Positions 9,926 through 19,564 of a stretch of 64,000 bases of DNA are shown here, in pieces. The stretch comes from Candidatus Latescibacterota bacterium (GTDB lineage: Bacteria > Latescibacterota > UBA2968 > UBA8231), in the NCBI GenBank assembly GCA_965243025.1, contig CBDETY010000003.1, positions 2,528,001-2,592,000 of the forward strand, read 5' to 3'. Every line of letters starts with the position of its first letter. Positions within the stretch are counted from its first letter, which is position 1. Made by a program: the position numbers and the translations under genes. Under the pieces are notes generated by a model, which saw only the letters and a list, made by a program, of their open reading frames with translations, made no database searches and was not told the DNA's origin.

Positions 9926-10755
9926 TCGTACACCTGCCGCGAGCGGAAGATGCGCATCTGGAAGAAGACGAAGACGAACACGGCGATGAACAGCAGCCAG
10001 GCCAGGGCCGAGGCGTACCCCATCTGCCCGGCCACGGCGAAGGCGTTGATGAAGATGGTGTAGGCGACGACCTCGGTGCTGCGTTCCGGCCCCCCCAGGG
10101 TCATGATGTAGACCGAGGTGAAGACCTGGAACGAGCTGATGATCGTCATCACCGTGACGAACACCAGGGTGTTGCGCAGCATTGGAACGGTGACGTGGCG
10201 GAACTGCTGCCAGCGGCCGGCGCCGTCGACGCGGGCCGCCTCGTACAGGTGCGGCGGGATGTCGGCGAGGCCGGCGAGGAATATGACCATGTTGTAGCCG
10301 GCCCCCGCCCAGACGCCGAGAATGGCCAGGGCCGGCAGGGCGGTGTGCGACTTGTCGAGGAGCTGTCCCCAGTTGCCGAAGATGTGGTAGAAGACCAGCG
10401 CCACGACCACCCCCGGGGTGATCGAGGGCAGGAAGTAGAGGGTGCGGAAGAACGGCTGCCCCACCGGGGCGCGCTGGCAGAGCATCGCCAGGGGCAGGGC
10501 GGTTATCAGCACCCCGACGACGCTCATGGCCACGTACAGGGCGGTGGTGCGCATCGTCAGCCAGAAGAAGCTGTCCCCGGAGAACAGGGCGCGGCGGTAG
10601 TTGTCGAAGCCGATGAAACCGGTGGCCCCGGCGTAGGAGTCGAAGTGGTGGAAGCTGGCCCACAGGCTGACCCCCATGCTGACGAAGCTGAACACCGTGG
10701 CGACGGCGAACGCCGGGGCGATGTACCCGTAGGGAACGAGGTCGCGGAGCCTCAC
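9922..10755 (-). CDS. Carbohydrate ABC transporter permease (MalF-like)
   Basis: FIGFDNY, LYEAARVDGA, MGYASALA. Confidence 0.92.
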   Translation of the reverse strand: MRLRDLVPYGYIAPAFAVATVFSFVSMGVSLWASFHHFDSYAGATGFIGFDNYRRALFSGDSFFWLTMRTTALYVAMSVVGVLITALPLAMLCQRAPVGQPFFRTLYFLPSITPGVVVALVFYHIFGNWGQLLDKSHTALPALAILGVWAGAGYNMVIFLAGLADIPPHLYEAARVDGAGRWQQFRHVTVPMLRNTLVFVTVMTIISSFQVFTSVYIMTLGGPERSTEVVAYTIFINAFAVAGQMGYASALAWLLFIAVFVFVFFQMRIFRSRQVYD

Positions 10756-10759
10756 GTTG

Positions 10760-12238
10760 CTACAACTCCTCTCCCCGCATGGCCGCCCAGCGCCCGACCT
10801 GGGCGTTGTAGCGATCGAAAACCTGGTCGACGTGATGGGCCGCCTCGTTCAGAGCCGCCTTCACCGACTCGTACGGACCCTTCCCCGAGGCGATGTCCGG
10901 ATAGCGCAGGATCACCGTTTCGAGGACGGGGTTGGCCTTGTGGTTGGAGGCGATGATCTCGGTGTGGCGCAGCTTGTTCCCGACGTCGCACAGCTGCTCG
11001 ATGTTCGACTGGTAGGGGTACTCCTCCAGGGTCCGTTTCCACTCGGGGGTGTCGTAGAGATCGAGGCGCGGGCTGTTGTAGCTCAGGTGCTTCAGCCGCA
11101 GCAGGGCGCCCTCCAGGCTGCAGACGAACTGCACGTAGCGCCACGCCGCCTCGACGTTGGGGCAGCGGCGGCTGATGACGAACATGTTGGCCCAGGTCAC
11201 CGTCTCCTGCCCTTCCCCCATCGGTCCCGGGGGAAACCCGGTCTGCGCGAAATGTTTCCAGCCCATGGTGTTGCGGGTGATGTCCTTGCCGGACCAGGTG
11301 CCGGCCACGGTGCAGGCGACCTTCCCCTCCTGGAAGAGATCGACGTCGGTGATGTCGCGGCGGAAGGGCGGGCAGATGTCCTCCTCCCAGTAGAGCCGGG
11401 CCATGAAGGTCAGGGCCTCGATCCCATTGGGACTTGAGAACATCGCCCGGGTGCCGGCCGAGTCCTGGAAGCGCGCCCCGTTCGAGGCCATCCACGGCTC
11501 GAACATCCCCATGCCGCCGGTGTAGGCGTTGATCACGAACCCGGCCTGGTCGATGCTTCCGTCGGCATGGTAGGTGGTCAGCTTCTTCGCCAGGTTCCGG
11601 AAGTGGTCCCAGTCGCGCACCGCGTCGAAGCGCATGCGGTCGTAGTCGATCGAGCCGTCGGGGCGGCGCAGGAAGAGGTCGCGGATCTCCTCGTCGGTCT
11701 GCGCGGCGGACTCGAGGATGTCGAGGTTCCAGAGCAGGCACTGGGACTCCAGCATCTGCGGAATGCCGTAGACCACGCCGGACGGGCTGGTGTTGTGGCG
11801 CCACCCCGACTCGACGAAGGCGTCGCGGGTGATGCGCAGGGGAGGCGGGGCGCCGCGGTTCTCCTCGAGCAGGTCGTTGAGCGGCAGCAGCATGCCGCGG
11901 TGATACAGCCCCTCCGCCCAGTACACGGAACACTGGAACAGGTCGGGAGGGGCGTTGCCGACCAGGCCGGTGGACAGCTTCTGCACGTAGTTGAAGAACG
12001 GCACGGACTGGTAGATGATGTCGACGTCGGGGTTGCGCCGTTCGAAGATGCTCTCGACTTCGTCGAAGTACGACCCTATCTCCTCGTTTCGCGACGGGCT
12101 CCACCAGTCCCAGATGCGCAGCTGGATGCTGCGCCCGCCCCCATCGAGGGACTCGATCCAGGCCTGGGTGAATCCCGAACGCATCACGGCGCCGGCGAGA
12201 AGCAGCGCCGGAATGGCGAACAGGAGGTTCTTCTTCAT
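10760..12238 (-). CDS. Carbohydrate ABC transporter extracellular solute-binding protein
   Basis: Signal peptide, FERRNPDVDI, YGIP, FQEGKVA, AWRYVQF. Confidence 0.88.
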   Translation of the reverse strand: MKKNLLFAIPALLLAGAVMRSGFTQAWIESLDGGGRSIQLRIWDWWSPSRNEEIGSYFDEVESIFERRNPDVDIIYQSVPFFNYVQKLSTGLVGNAPPDLFQCSVYWAEGLYHRGMLLPLNDLLEENRGAPPPLRITRDAFVESGWRHNTSPSGVVYGIPQMLESQCLLWNLDILESAAQTDEEIRDLFLRRPDGSIDYDRMRFDAVRDWDHFRNLAKKLTTYHADGSIDQAGFVINAYTGGMGMFEPWMASNGARFQDSAGTRAMFSSPNGIEALTFMARLYWEEDICPPFRRDITDVDLFQEGKVACTVAGTWSGKDITRNTMGWKHFAQTGFPPGPMGEGQETVTWANMFVISRRCPNVEAAWRYVQFVCSLEGALLRLKHLSYNSPRLDLYDTPEWKRTLEEYPYQSNIEQLCDVGNKLRHTEIIASNHKANPVLETVILRYPDIASGKGPYESVKAALNEAAHHVDQVFDRYNAQVGRWAAMRGEEL

Positions 12239-12300
12239 TCGGAAAAGATGAGCAAAGAAAATCGTCGATAGAAAATGAGAATCGTTCAGGAGAAAGAGAA

Positions 12301-13149
12301 ATGAAGCACATCATCGTCACCGGTGCCAAAGGGGGCACCGGCGTCAGCATCGTCGCCGAGCTCGGGAAGGCGGGGTACGAAGTCACCGGAGTCGACACCG
12401 CCTACCCCCGGCACACCGACGGCGGCTACAAGAGAGCGGACGTCCTCGATGCCGCCAGCCTCAACGACCTGTTCGCCGGCGCCGACGCCGTGGTCCATTT
12501 CGGCAGCCTGCCGACCGATCACTGGTCCTCCTGGAGCGCCTGTTTCGAGAACGTGATGATGGGGGGCTTCAACGTGTTCCAGGCCTGCGCCAACACCGGG
12601 GTAAAGCGCGTCGCCTGCGCCTCGAGCATGGAGGTGTACGGCGATCTCGCCCGGCAGCCGCACATGCCCGTCACCGAGAGCAGCGCCACGGTGCCGCAGT
12701 CGATCTACGGGTCGGCGAAGCTGCGCCTCGAGGAGCTCGCCGCCGACTACTGCCGCTGGCACGGCATGTCGATCGCCGGCTTCCGGCTCGGACGCATCGT
12801 CTACGAGAACTCCTTCGAGTGGCGGCTCAAGGCCCAGACCGAGGCGGCCGAAAGCTGCGCCGAGTGCCTCTGGTGTTACGTCGACGCCCGCGACGTCGCC
12901 GACGCCTGCCGGCTCTGGCTCGAGTCCGGCCTGCAGGGCTTCAGGGCCTACAACCTCGCTGCCGACGACGTCTGCATCGACCGCCCCGCCGCGGAGCTGC
13001 TGCGTGAGTTCTTCCCCGGGACCCCCGTCCGGGGGGAGCTCGGCGAGTTCCAGTCCCCGTACGTGTCGGACGCCGTCAAGCAAGAGCTGGGGTGGAGGGC
13101 GAAGTACGGCTGGCGCGACCTGCGGGCCGAGTGGGAGGCGGACCGCTGA
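12301..13149 (+). CDS. NAD-dependent epimerase/dehydratase (extended SDR)
   Basis: TGAKGGTG, ASS, YGSAK (YxxxK). RBS AGGAG. Confidence 0.92.
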   Translation: MKHIIVTGAKGGTGVSIVAELGKAGYEVTGVDTAYPRHTDGGYKRADVLDAASLNDLFAGADAVVHFGSLPTDHWSSWSACFENVMMGGFNVFQACANTGVKRVACASSMEVYGDLARQPHMPVTESSATVPQSIYGSAKLRLEELAADYCRWHGMSIAGFRLGRIVYENSFEWRLKAQTEAAESCAECLWCYVDARDVADACRLWLESGLQGFRAYNLAADDVCIDRPAAELLREFFPGTPVRGELGEFQSPYVSDAVKQELGWRAKYGWRDLRAEWEADR

Positions 13150-13161
13150 GCTTTTCCGCCA

Positions 13162-14283
13162 TCAGCCGAGCAGTTCCCGGAGCCGCCCGGCGATCACCAG
13201 CTCGTCCCCGTCCTCCACGGTGAACATGAAGAAGCGGATCACCCCGTCCCCCGGGTCGGTCCAGATGCTCGGGTTGCCGCCGCGCAGCTCCTCGTCGAGG
13301 TCCGCGGCGGTCTTTCCGATGGCTTCCTCGTCCAACCTCAGCGGCAGGGTGGCCATGGCCTGATCCCCGCGGTCCGGCGGGAGCTCGATCCCTTTCAGCC
13401 CCCGCAGCGCGCTGCCGAGATTGCGCCCCCTCCTCGCGGCGGCGGCGAAGCGCTCGCCGTGGTCCATCTCCAGCCACTGCCGCAGCGCCGCCACCGCGCC
13501 GACGACCTCCTGGCGGTCGATCTTGAGAGGGCGGCCCACCCCGGGGACCTCGAGCTTCTCGAAGCTCGCGAAACTGTGCAGACGCGCCGCCTCGACGAGG
13601 TCCTCGCGGCCGCACAGCAACCCCGCCGAGTTCGGGGCTCCGAAATACTTGGCGCCGTAGCCGACGAGATCCGCCCCGAGATCGGTGTACTGCCTCAGTC
13701 CCTCGACCGGGTACACCCGGTAGGCGGCGTCGACGATCACCGGCACCCCGCGCTCACGGGCGATGGCGAGGGTTTCCTCCAGCGAAACGAGATCGGCAGG
13801 GTTGTCGATGGCCGGGTAGAGCACCGCGGCGGTCCCGGGCCCGAAGGCGGCTTCCAGCTCGTCCCTGGTGGTGCCGGCCCCGCTGCCGGCCTCGACGATG
13901 CGCGCCCCGGTCAGGCGGACGACGCGGTCGTACTTGTAGCGCTGCGCCTTCTGGAGCACGACCTCGTTCTTCAGGCCGGCGGTGTCGGGCAGCTGGTCCA
14001 TCTTCCGGGTGTCGGTGCCGGTCATGCAGGCGGAGGTTCCCAGGACCAGGGCGGCGGCGCATCCCGGGGTCACCAGGGCCGCCTCGCAGCCGAGCAGGCC
14101 GGAAACGACCCGCCCCGTCCCCTCGAACAACTCGACCATGTCGACGTAGTAGCGCGCCGACAGCTGCATCGCTTCCAGCACTTCCGGGGCCGGGTTGCTG
14201 CCGCCCAGCATGGTGCGGTTCCCCAGGGCGTTGATCACCGGCCTGGCCCCCAGGGCGGCGTACAGCTCGCGTGCTTCTCTCAT
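13162..14283 (-). CDS. SelA-like (DgaE-type) PLP-dependent enzyme
   Basis: RPVINALG, VIVDAA, YGAKY (PLP Lys), GRPLKIDRQE. Start at ATG 14283. Confidence 0.85.
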   Translation of the reverse strand: MREARELYAALGARPVINALGNRTMLGGSNPAPEVLEAMQLSARYYVDMVELFEGTGRVVSGLLGCEAALVTPGCAAALVLGTSACMTGTDTRKMDQLPDTAGLKNEVVLQKAQRYKYDRVVRLTGARIVEAGSGAGTTRDELEAAFGPGTAAVLYPAIDNPADLVSLEETLAIARERGVPVIVDAAYRVYPVEGLRQYTDLGADLVGYGAKYFGAPNSAGLLCGREDLVEAARLHSFASFEKLEVPGVGRPLKIDRQEVVGAVAALRQWLEMDHGERFAAAARRGRNLGSALRGLKGIELPPDRGDQAMATLPLRLDEEAIGKTAADLDEELRGGNPSIWTDPGDGVIRFFMFTVEDGDELVIAGRLRELLG

Positions 14284-14669
14284 GATCTCTCCATGGAATG
14301 CAGTGTTTCGTCTCGACGGGCGATCCCGTTTTCCGTTCGGGCCCCGGTTCAGCGCGAACCTCCCGGGCGATACCGCCAGGGGCCAGGCCCCGCCATACCC
14401 CGGGGGCCCGGGACAGCCGCGCCCTCCCGGGACCAGCAGGGGAGCCCCCGGCGGGGGTGCTTTGCTTTCGCTCAATCTCTTTCTTCCCCGGCCTTGAGCC
14501 GTTCCCGCGCCGCCTTATGATAAGGCAACTTTCCAGGGCCTGTCGGACCGCCGCGCAGAAGCTCGTGACGCGGTTTCCCTGTTCCTGCCCGCCCGCCCTG
14601 TCATGCCCGGCGGCCGGGCACCGGGGCGGGACAGGCGAGAGGAAACCCCCTGACCACCGTGACCGGAGA

Positions 14670-15794
14670 ATGAGAAAGATGTCGATCTACGAGGAGCTGG
14701 GCGTCGTGCCCGTCGTCAACGCCATCGGCAACCGCACCCTTCTTGGAGGCAACACCCCCGCGGCCGCGGTGCGCGCCGCCATGGACGAGTCGGAGGAGTA
14801 CTACGCCTTCCTCGACGAGCTGTCGGAGAGGGTCGGGGAGAAGATAGCCGGCCTGCTGGGAATCGAGGCGGCCATGGTGACCTCGGGCGCCGCCGCGGCG
14901 CTGGTGCTCGGGGCCGCGGCCTGCATGGCCGGCGACGACGACGGCAGGATCGAGCAGCTGCCGGACACCGGGGGGATGCCCCATCAGTTCATCATCCAGA
15001 AGCACCTGCGGCTGAAGTACGAGCGCTGCATGACCATCCCCGGGGGAGTGCTGGTCGAAGTCGGGGACGAGGAAGGGACCCGGCCGGAGCATGTCGAGGA
15101 AGCTATCGGGCCGGACACCGCCGCCATCCACACCCTGGCCCAGGTCGCTCCGCGTCCCGGCACCCTGCCGATGGAGGAGCTGGTCCGCATCGGCCGCGCC
15201 CACGGCATCCCCGTCATCGTCGACGCGGCGGGAAGCGTTTTCCCCACCGGGCTCCTGAGCAGGTTCGTGAAAATGGGGTGCGACCTGGTGGCGTACGGGG
15301 CCAAGTACTACGGCTCGGTCAACACCAGCGGCCTCCTGACCGGGCGCAGGGACCTGGTGAAGGCGGCCTTCAAGCAGAGCTTCGTCGGCTTCGAGGCATC
15401 CCCTCTGAAGACGTTCGGGCGGCCGATGAAGCAGGACCGGCAGGACATCGTCGCCGCGTACGCCGCGCTCAAGGTCTGGCTCTCGATGGACCACGAGGAG
15501 CGCTTCGCCGGGTACGAGCGGCGCATCGCCGCGGTGCGCGGGCAGCTGGGCGGCCTGGAGGGAATCTCGTTTCCCGATCCGCCCGCAGGGGACCGCAGCA
15601 ACCTGTGGATCCGGGTGGACGCCGAAAAGGCGGGAAAGACCGCCGACGACGTGGTGGCGGAGCTGCTCGCAGGCAACCCCCGCATCTGGGTCAGGCAGGA
15701 TCTCGAGGACGGAAACCACTTCAACCTGGCTTTCCTGGCGCTGCCGGAAGGCCAGGAGCAGATCATCGTCGACAGGCTGAAAGAGATTCTGTAG
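14670..15794 (+). CDS. SelA-like (DgaE-type) PLP-dependent enzyme, paralog
   Basis: IYEELGVVPVVNAIG, VIVDAA, YGAKY, GRPMKQDRQD. RBS GGAG before ATG 14670 (alternative start 14679). Confidence 0.85.
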   Translation: MRKMSIYEELGVVPVVNAIGNRTLLGGNTPAAAVRAAMDESEEYYAFLDELSERVGEKIAGLLGIEAAMVTSGAAAALVLGAAACMAGDDDGRIEQLPDTGGMPHQFIIQKHLRLKYERCMTIPGGVLVEVGDEEGTRPEHVEEAIGPDTAAIHTLAQVAPRPGTLPMEELVRIGRAHGIPVIVDAAGSVFPTGLLSRFVKMGCDLVAYGAKYYGSVNTSGLLTGRRDLVKAAFKQSFVGFEASPLKTFGRPMKQDRQDIVAAYAALKVWLSMDHEERFAGYERRIAAVRGQLGGLEGISFPDPPAGDRSNLWIRVDAEKAGKTADDVVAELLAGNPRIWVRQDLEDGNHFNLAFLALPEGQEQIIVDRLKEIL

Positions 15795-15966
15795 CGCCTC
15801 GTTGAAAAGCCGTCCCGGCTTCCGCCCGCCCGGGTCGGGACCTCCTGAGGGCGGCCTGAACACTGGCGATTCACAGGCCCCTGAGGGCCGGCCGGCGGGA
15901 GATCTGCTTGAAAACGAGGGGCCGGGAGACCGGGGAACGGCCGGCGGCGAGCCGCACCGGGGGGAT

Positions 15967-17202
15967 TTACTGCGGGCGAAAGCTCTCTGCTTCCGGGAAG
16001 ATCCCGATCCGGTGGTTGGCCATCGACAGGAACCACTCCTCGCCCTCGTGGTACACCGGCAGGTTCCTCGCCTGCTGGTCCGGCATGTGGCAGACGGTGC
16101 AGCGGTCCCCGCGCGCCAGCTCCGCATCCTCGGGGTGCGGCTGCGAATGGCAGCCGAGGCACTTCTGCGAGAAGGCGGCGGTCCGGCCGGTCTGGTCGGC
16201 GTGGACGTCGTGGCAGGTCGAGCAGGTCATGTCGGACTCGGAAAAACAGCGGCTCTCCTCCAGAAACGGCACCTGCCCCCCGTGCACGGACAGTTTCATG
16301 CGCTCCGCCTCCGGGTAGACCCGGTGCTCGGAGATTTCGTCACCGGGCCTGAAGGAGAGCGACGGGGTGCGCGGGAGCCCCTGTCCCGAGTGGCAGAGGG
16401 CGCATGAGGAGAGCTGCCGCGAGCGGCTGAGACGCGCCGGGTTGAGGATGTGGCGGCCTTCACCGATTTCCGGGTTCTGCTCGTGGAAAGCGACGTGCCT
16501 CTCCCCGGGGCCGTGGCACTTCCCGCAGCTGATGCCGGTCTCGAGGCTCTCCGGCCGGAACTCGAACCCGTCCGGGGAACCGACCCGTGTCGCCGCGGAT
16601 GTATGGCACTCGAGGCAGCGGCCGCCTATGGGACGCTGGTAGAGCATCGACACGCTCTTTCGCGGCAGATTCTCCCAGGCGGCGATCCAGTTCTCGTACC
16701 CGGGCCCGAGCGTCCAGGTCGCTTCCGGCGTGAAGTACATCCCCGGCAGCTGGAACAGCCTGTTCCCCTCCCAGAACAGGTAGGTCTGGGCGCGCTCACC
16801 CGACCCCACGACGACGTGAAACGGCTTCGTGAAGCTCGATGTCGTATCCGCCGAATAGGTCCCGGTCTGGAAGAAGCCGCCTCTCGACTTCTCCATGGTG
16901 AAACGGAGCCCGGGAACCGGAGTCTTCACGGCGTTGTGACCCTGGCGGAAGTCCCCCATGACCGCCTCCCGGGTGGCGGGGCTGGAGGTGAGGTAATGGC
17001 CGGTCTTCACGTAGCTGTCGTAGATCGACTGGTGGCAGGGCCGGCAGGTTTCCGCAGTGCCCGCCGCGGTCGCATACCCGCCGGCAGGAGCGGCGGCGCG
17101 CTGCAGCAGGTAGAGGAAGAAGAGGAGGGCGAATACCCCCGCCACCGCGGCGGCGGCCGCTGCCACGGAAAGGGTTTTAACCTTTTTCAAAAGGCGAATC
17201 AC
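15967..17202 (-). CDS. Membrane-anchored multiheme cytochrome c (7 CxxCH)
   Basis: CRPCH, CLECH, CGKCH, CALCH, CSTCH, CLGCH, CTVCH; N-terminal TM helix. Confidence 0.9.
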   Translation of the reverse strand: MIRLLKKVKTLSVAAAAAAVAGVFALLFFLYLLQRAAAPAGGYATAAGTAETCRPCHQSIYDSYVKTGHYLTSSPATREAVMGDFRQGHNAVKTPVPGLRFTMEKSRGGFFQTGTYSADTTSSFTKPFHVVVGSGERAQTYLFWEGNRLFQLPGMYFTPEATWTLGPGYENWIAAWENLPRKSVSMLYQRPIGGRCLECHTSAATRVGSPDGFEFRPESLETGISCGKCHGPGERHVAFHEQNPEIGEGRHILNPARLSRSRQLSSCALCHSGQGLPRTPSLSFRPGDEISEHRVYPEAERMKLSVHGGQVPFLEESRCFSESDMTCSTCHDVHADQTGRTAAFSQKCLGCHSQPHPEDAELARGDRCTVCHMPDQQARNLPVYHEGEEWFLSMANHRIGIFPEAESFRPQ

Positions 17203-18296
17203 TTCCAGTCGATGGCGTCGTAGAGGTGCTCGGCGGCGGCGCGGTGGGCGCGGTGGTTGGGGTGGAAGTCCCGCGGGTGGACCCAGTACCCGGTTTCATC
17301 CTCTCCCTCGAACCGCTCCAGGAGGTCGACGAAACGGATGTCTGCCTCCTGGGCGAATTCCCGCACCGCGTCATGGGCCGGGGCGAACGGGTAATCGGCA
17401 AGTTCGTACAGAAGGGGAAACAGGACAATGACGAACTCGCACCCCTTGCGGTCGCAGCGCCTCTTCATGCGCTCGAGAAGGTCTTTGGTCTGCTTCCATC
17501 CGGCGTTGTCCCCGAACAGGTAGTTGTAGCGCTCGACCGTGCGCGCCGAGATCTGCTGCCGGGCAATGCGCGCCCCAACCCACTGCGCCGCGTGGCTCCT
17601 GCCGGCCAGGAATTCGCCGACCCTCTCGGAGAGAAGGTTCGTTCGCAAATGCATCAGGTCGTCGATCTCCTGGTACATCTCCAGGGCCCGCCTGTCTCCG
17701 ACCGGGTCGTTGAGGGTGAACAGGTAGACGACGCGCTCGAGACCGGGGAAATCGTCGATGTGGCGGTTCAGGGTCCGGCTGACCGAGCGGATGTTGAACC
17801 CCATCATGCAGAAGTTGGCCAGTTGGTGGTCGGAGCCCCCCACCCGCAGCCTTGTCTCGAGAAGCTCCGTCAGACGGTCGCGGACCCGCACTCCCTGTCC
17901 GGCCCCGAAACTGTCCCCGAGCACGAGGGTCGTTCTGCTGCCGCGAGTGGATGTGAAGTGCTGCAGCGGCCGCTCGCGGAACCCCGCTCCGTTCACCCTG
18001 ACTTCGATGGCATGCGGGACGCGCAGCGGATCGAGACCGGCCAGCGACGGGTCGCCGTCCGTGTTGGCGGCGTAGGCGAGCTCCGGGTAGGGCTGCTCGA
18101 GACGGAGATCCCAATCGGCGACGCCGAGGAATTCGCCGTCGTAGCAGAGAAGCTTTGTGTGCTCCTCCCCGGTTCGATACCAGACCGCCGGGTAGGTTCG
18201 CTGCTGCTTGGCGAGAAAGTATAAGAAGGCCTCCGTCGCCAGAACGCAGAACAGGCAGCTGGCGGCCAGCAGCAGGAACCGGGACTTGCGGTTCAA
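17199..18296 (-). CDS. SGNH/GDSL hydrolase family protein with N-terminal membrane anchor
   Basis: VLGDSFGAG, TLND, DFHPN (DxH). TTG start overlapping the upstream stop. Confidence 0.85.
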   Translation of the reverse strand: MNRKSRFLLLAASCLFCVLATEAFLYFLAKQQRTYPAVWYRTGEEHTKLLCYDGEFLGVADWDLRLEQPYPELAYAANTDGDPSLAGLDPLRVPHAIEVRVNGAGFRERPLQHFTSTRGSRTTLVLGDSFGAGQGVRVRDRLTELLETRLRVGGSDHQLANFCMMGFNIRSVSRTLNRHIDDFPGLERVVYLFTLNDPVGDRRALEMYQEIDDLMHLRTNLLSERVGEFLAGRSHAAQWVGARIARQQISARTVERYNYLFGDNAGWKQTKDLLERMKRRCDRKGCEFVIVLFPLLYELADYPFAPAHDAVREFAQEADIRFVDLLERFEGEDETGYWVHPRDFHPNHRAHRAAAEHLYDAIDWK

Positions 18297-19168
18297 CGGG
18301 TTCGGGCCAGCCCCAGCTCTTCCACCAGGCGCCGAAGCTCCCGCAGGGTCAGCTCGTCGGCAGGAGGCACGGGGTGGCGCAGTCTGGAGCTCTTGAAGAC
18401 GCCGCGCAGCCTCAGGACCTCCTTGTTGACGTGGGGGCCGTGCAGCCTGAACAGCGGCGTGTGCCTGTTGAATTCCCGTTCCGCCTCGTCCTCCCTGCCG
18501 GCGAGAAAGAGGTCGATGACGCGGCGGAACATGTCCGGGACGTGGCAGTGAGGCATGGTTCCGACAGAGCCCCGGCGCATCTCCTCGATCAGGAAGGCGC
18601 CGCTCATGCCGCCGAGGACGATCAGGCCGTCGCCGGCCGCGGCCACGGTCTCGGCGATCCGCGGCGGCGTCGGGGGGGTCTCCACCTTGGCGTAGCAGAC
18701 GTTCTCCGATTCCCTGGCGATGCGGGCCATCAGCGCCGGCGCGACCCCTGTGGCTCCGGCGTCCTGGATGAAGACCGGGATCTTCAGCGCTTCCCCGATG
18801 GCGCGGAAGTACTCGACGACCGGATCGCCGCCACCGGCGGCCGCGGGCGGCACAGCCATTACCGCGTCCGCCCCCATCTCCTCGGCGCGGCGGCTGTACT
18901 CGACCGCCACCCGGGTAGACTCGGCCCCGGTATTGACCACGACCGGCACCCTTCCCGCGGCCTGCGCTATCACGGTCCGGGCCGCCAGGTCGCGCTCGGC
19001 CTCGGACAACCTGTTTACTTCGCTGCCGAAGGCGAGCCCGAGACCGTCGACCCCGGCGTCGATGGCGAAATCCACCTCCCGCTGCAGGTCCTCGACGTCG
19101 ATGTCGTCCCTGTCGTCGAACGGCATCGCCAGGATCGGAAACAGCCCCCTCATCGACCTGTCGACCAT
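18293..19168 (-). CDS. Dihydrodipicolinate synthase / N-acetylneuraminate lyase family protein
   Basis: GLFPILAMPFD, GSE, GRVPVVV, GADAVMAVPP, YAKVE (Schiff-base Lys). Confidence 0.9.
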   Translation of the reverse strand: MVDRSMRGLFPILAMPFDDRDDIDVEDLQREVDFAIDAGVDGLGLAFGSEVNRLSEAERDLAARTVIAQAAGRVPVVVNTGAESTRVAVEYSRRAEEMGADAVMAVPPAAAGGGDPVVEYFRAIGEALKIPVFIQDAGATGVAPALMARIARESENVCYAKVETPPTPPRIAETVAAAGDGLIVLGGMSGAFLIEEMRRGSVGTMPHCHVPDMFRRVIDLFLAGREDEAEREFNRHTPLFRLHGPHVNKEVLRLRGVFKSSRLRHPVPPADELTLRELRRLVEELGLARTR

Positions 19169-19444
19169 TTCTATTGATCTCCTCGCAGCAGTCGGACCGG
19201 AGCGTCCGTGCGCTTTGTTCTGATGGCCCCCAAAATACCGTATACTTACGGCAAACGCCTGTTCCGCCGCATTCGTTCCGGTCCAAAGGCGTCGCGACAG
19301 GCTCCCCGCATCCCGTCCTGCTCCGCGTCCCCCTGCACCAGGCAGGACCGACACGTGCTCCGCAAGGCTGCCCCATGGGAACCGCGCTCAGCTGCCTTCT
19401 CGCCTGCCTTCTCCCGACAGCTCCCGGCCGGGGCCTGGAGAGCT

Positions 19445-19543
19445 TCTCCCCCGGGCATCTACCTGGTACCCATCGGCCTGGACGTCGTCGAAAGGTCGGG
19501 AACGAACAACCCCGTCCATCGATTGGTGAACAGGGCGTATTGA
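19445..19543 (+). pseudogene. Remnant of a FlgD-Ig-type C-terminal tail
   Basis: Translates SPPGIYLVPIGLDV...RLVNRAY*, echoing VPPGIFLYRILAD...VLSVAY* of the next gene. Confidence 0.45.
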
Positions 19544-19564
19544 CGCCGACGTAGGAGAACGACA

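Noticed and set aside
13162-15794. Selenocysteine synthase (selA) / Sec recoding system
   Set aside because: Both proteins are short DgaE-like forms. No selB, selD or tRNA-Sec is present, and I noticed no gene with a credible in-frame UGA.
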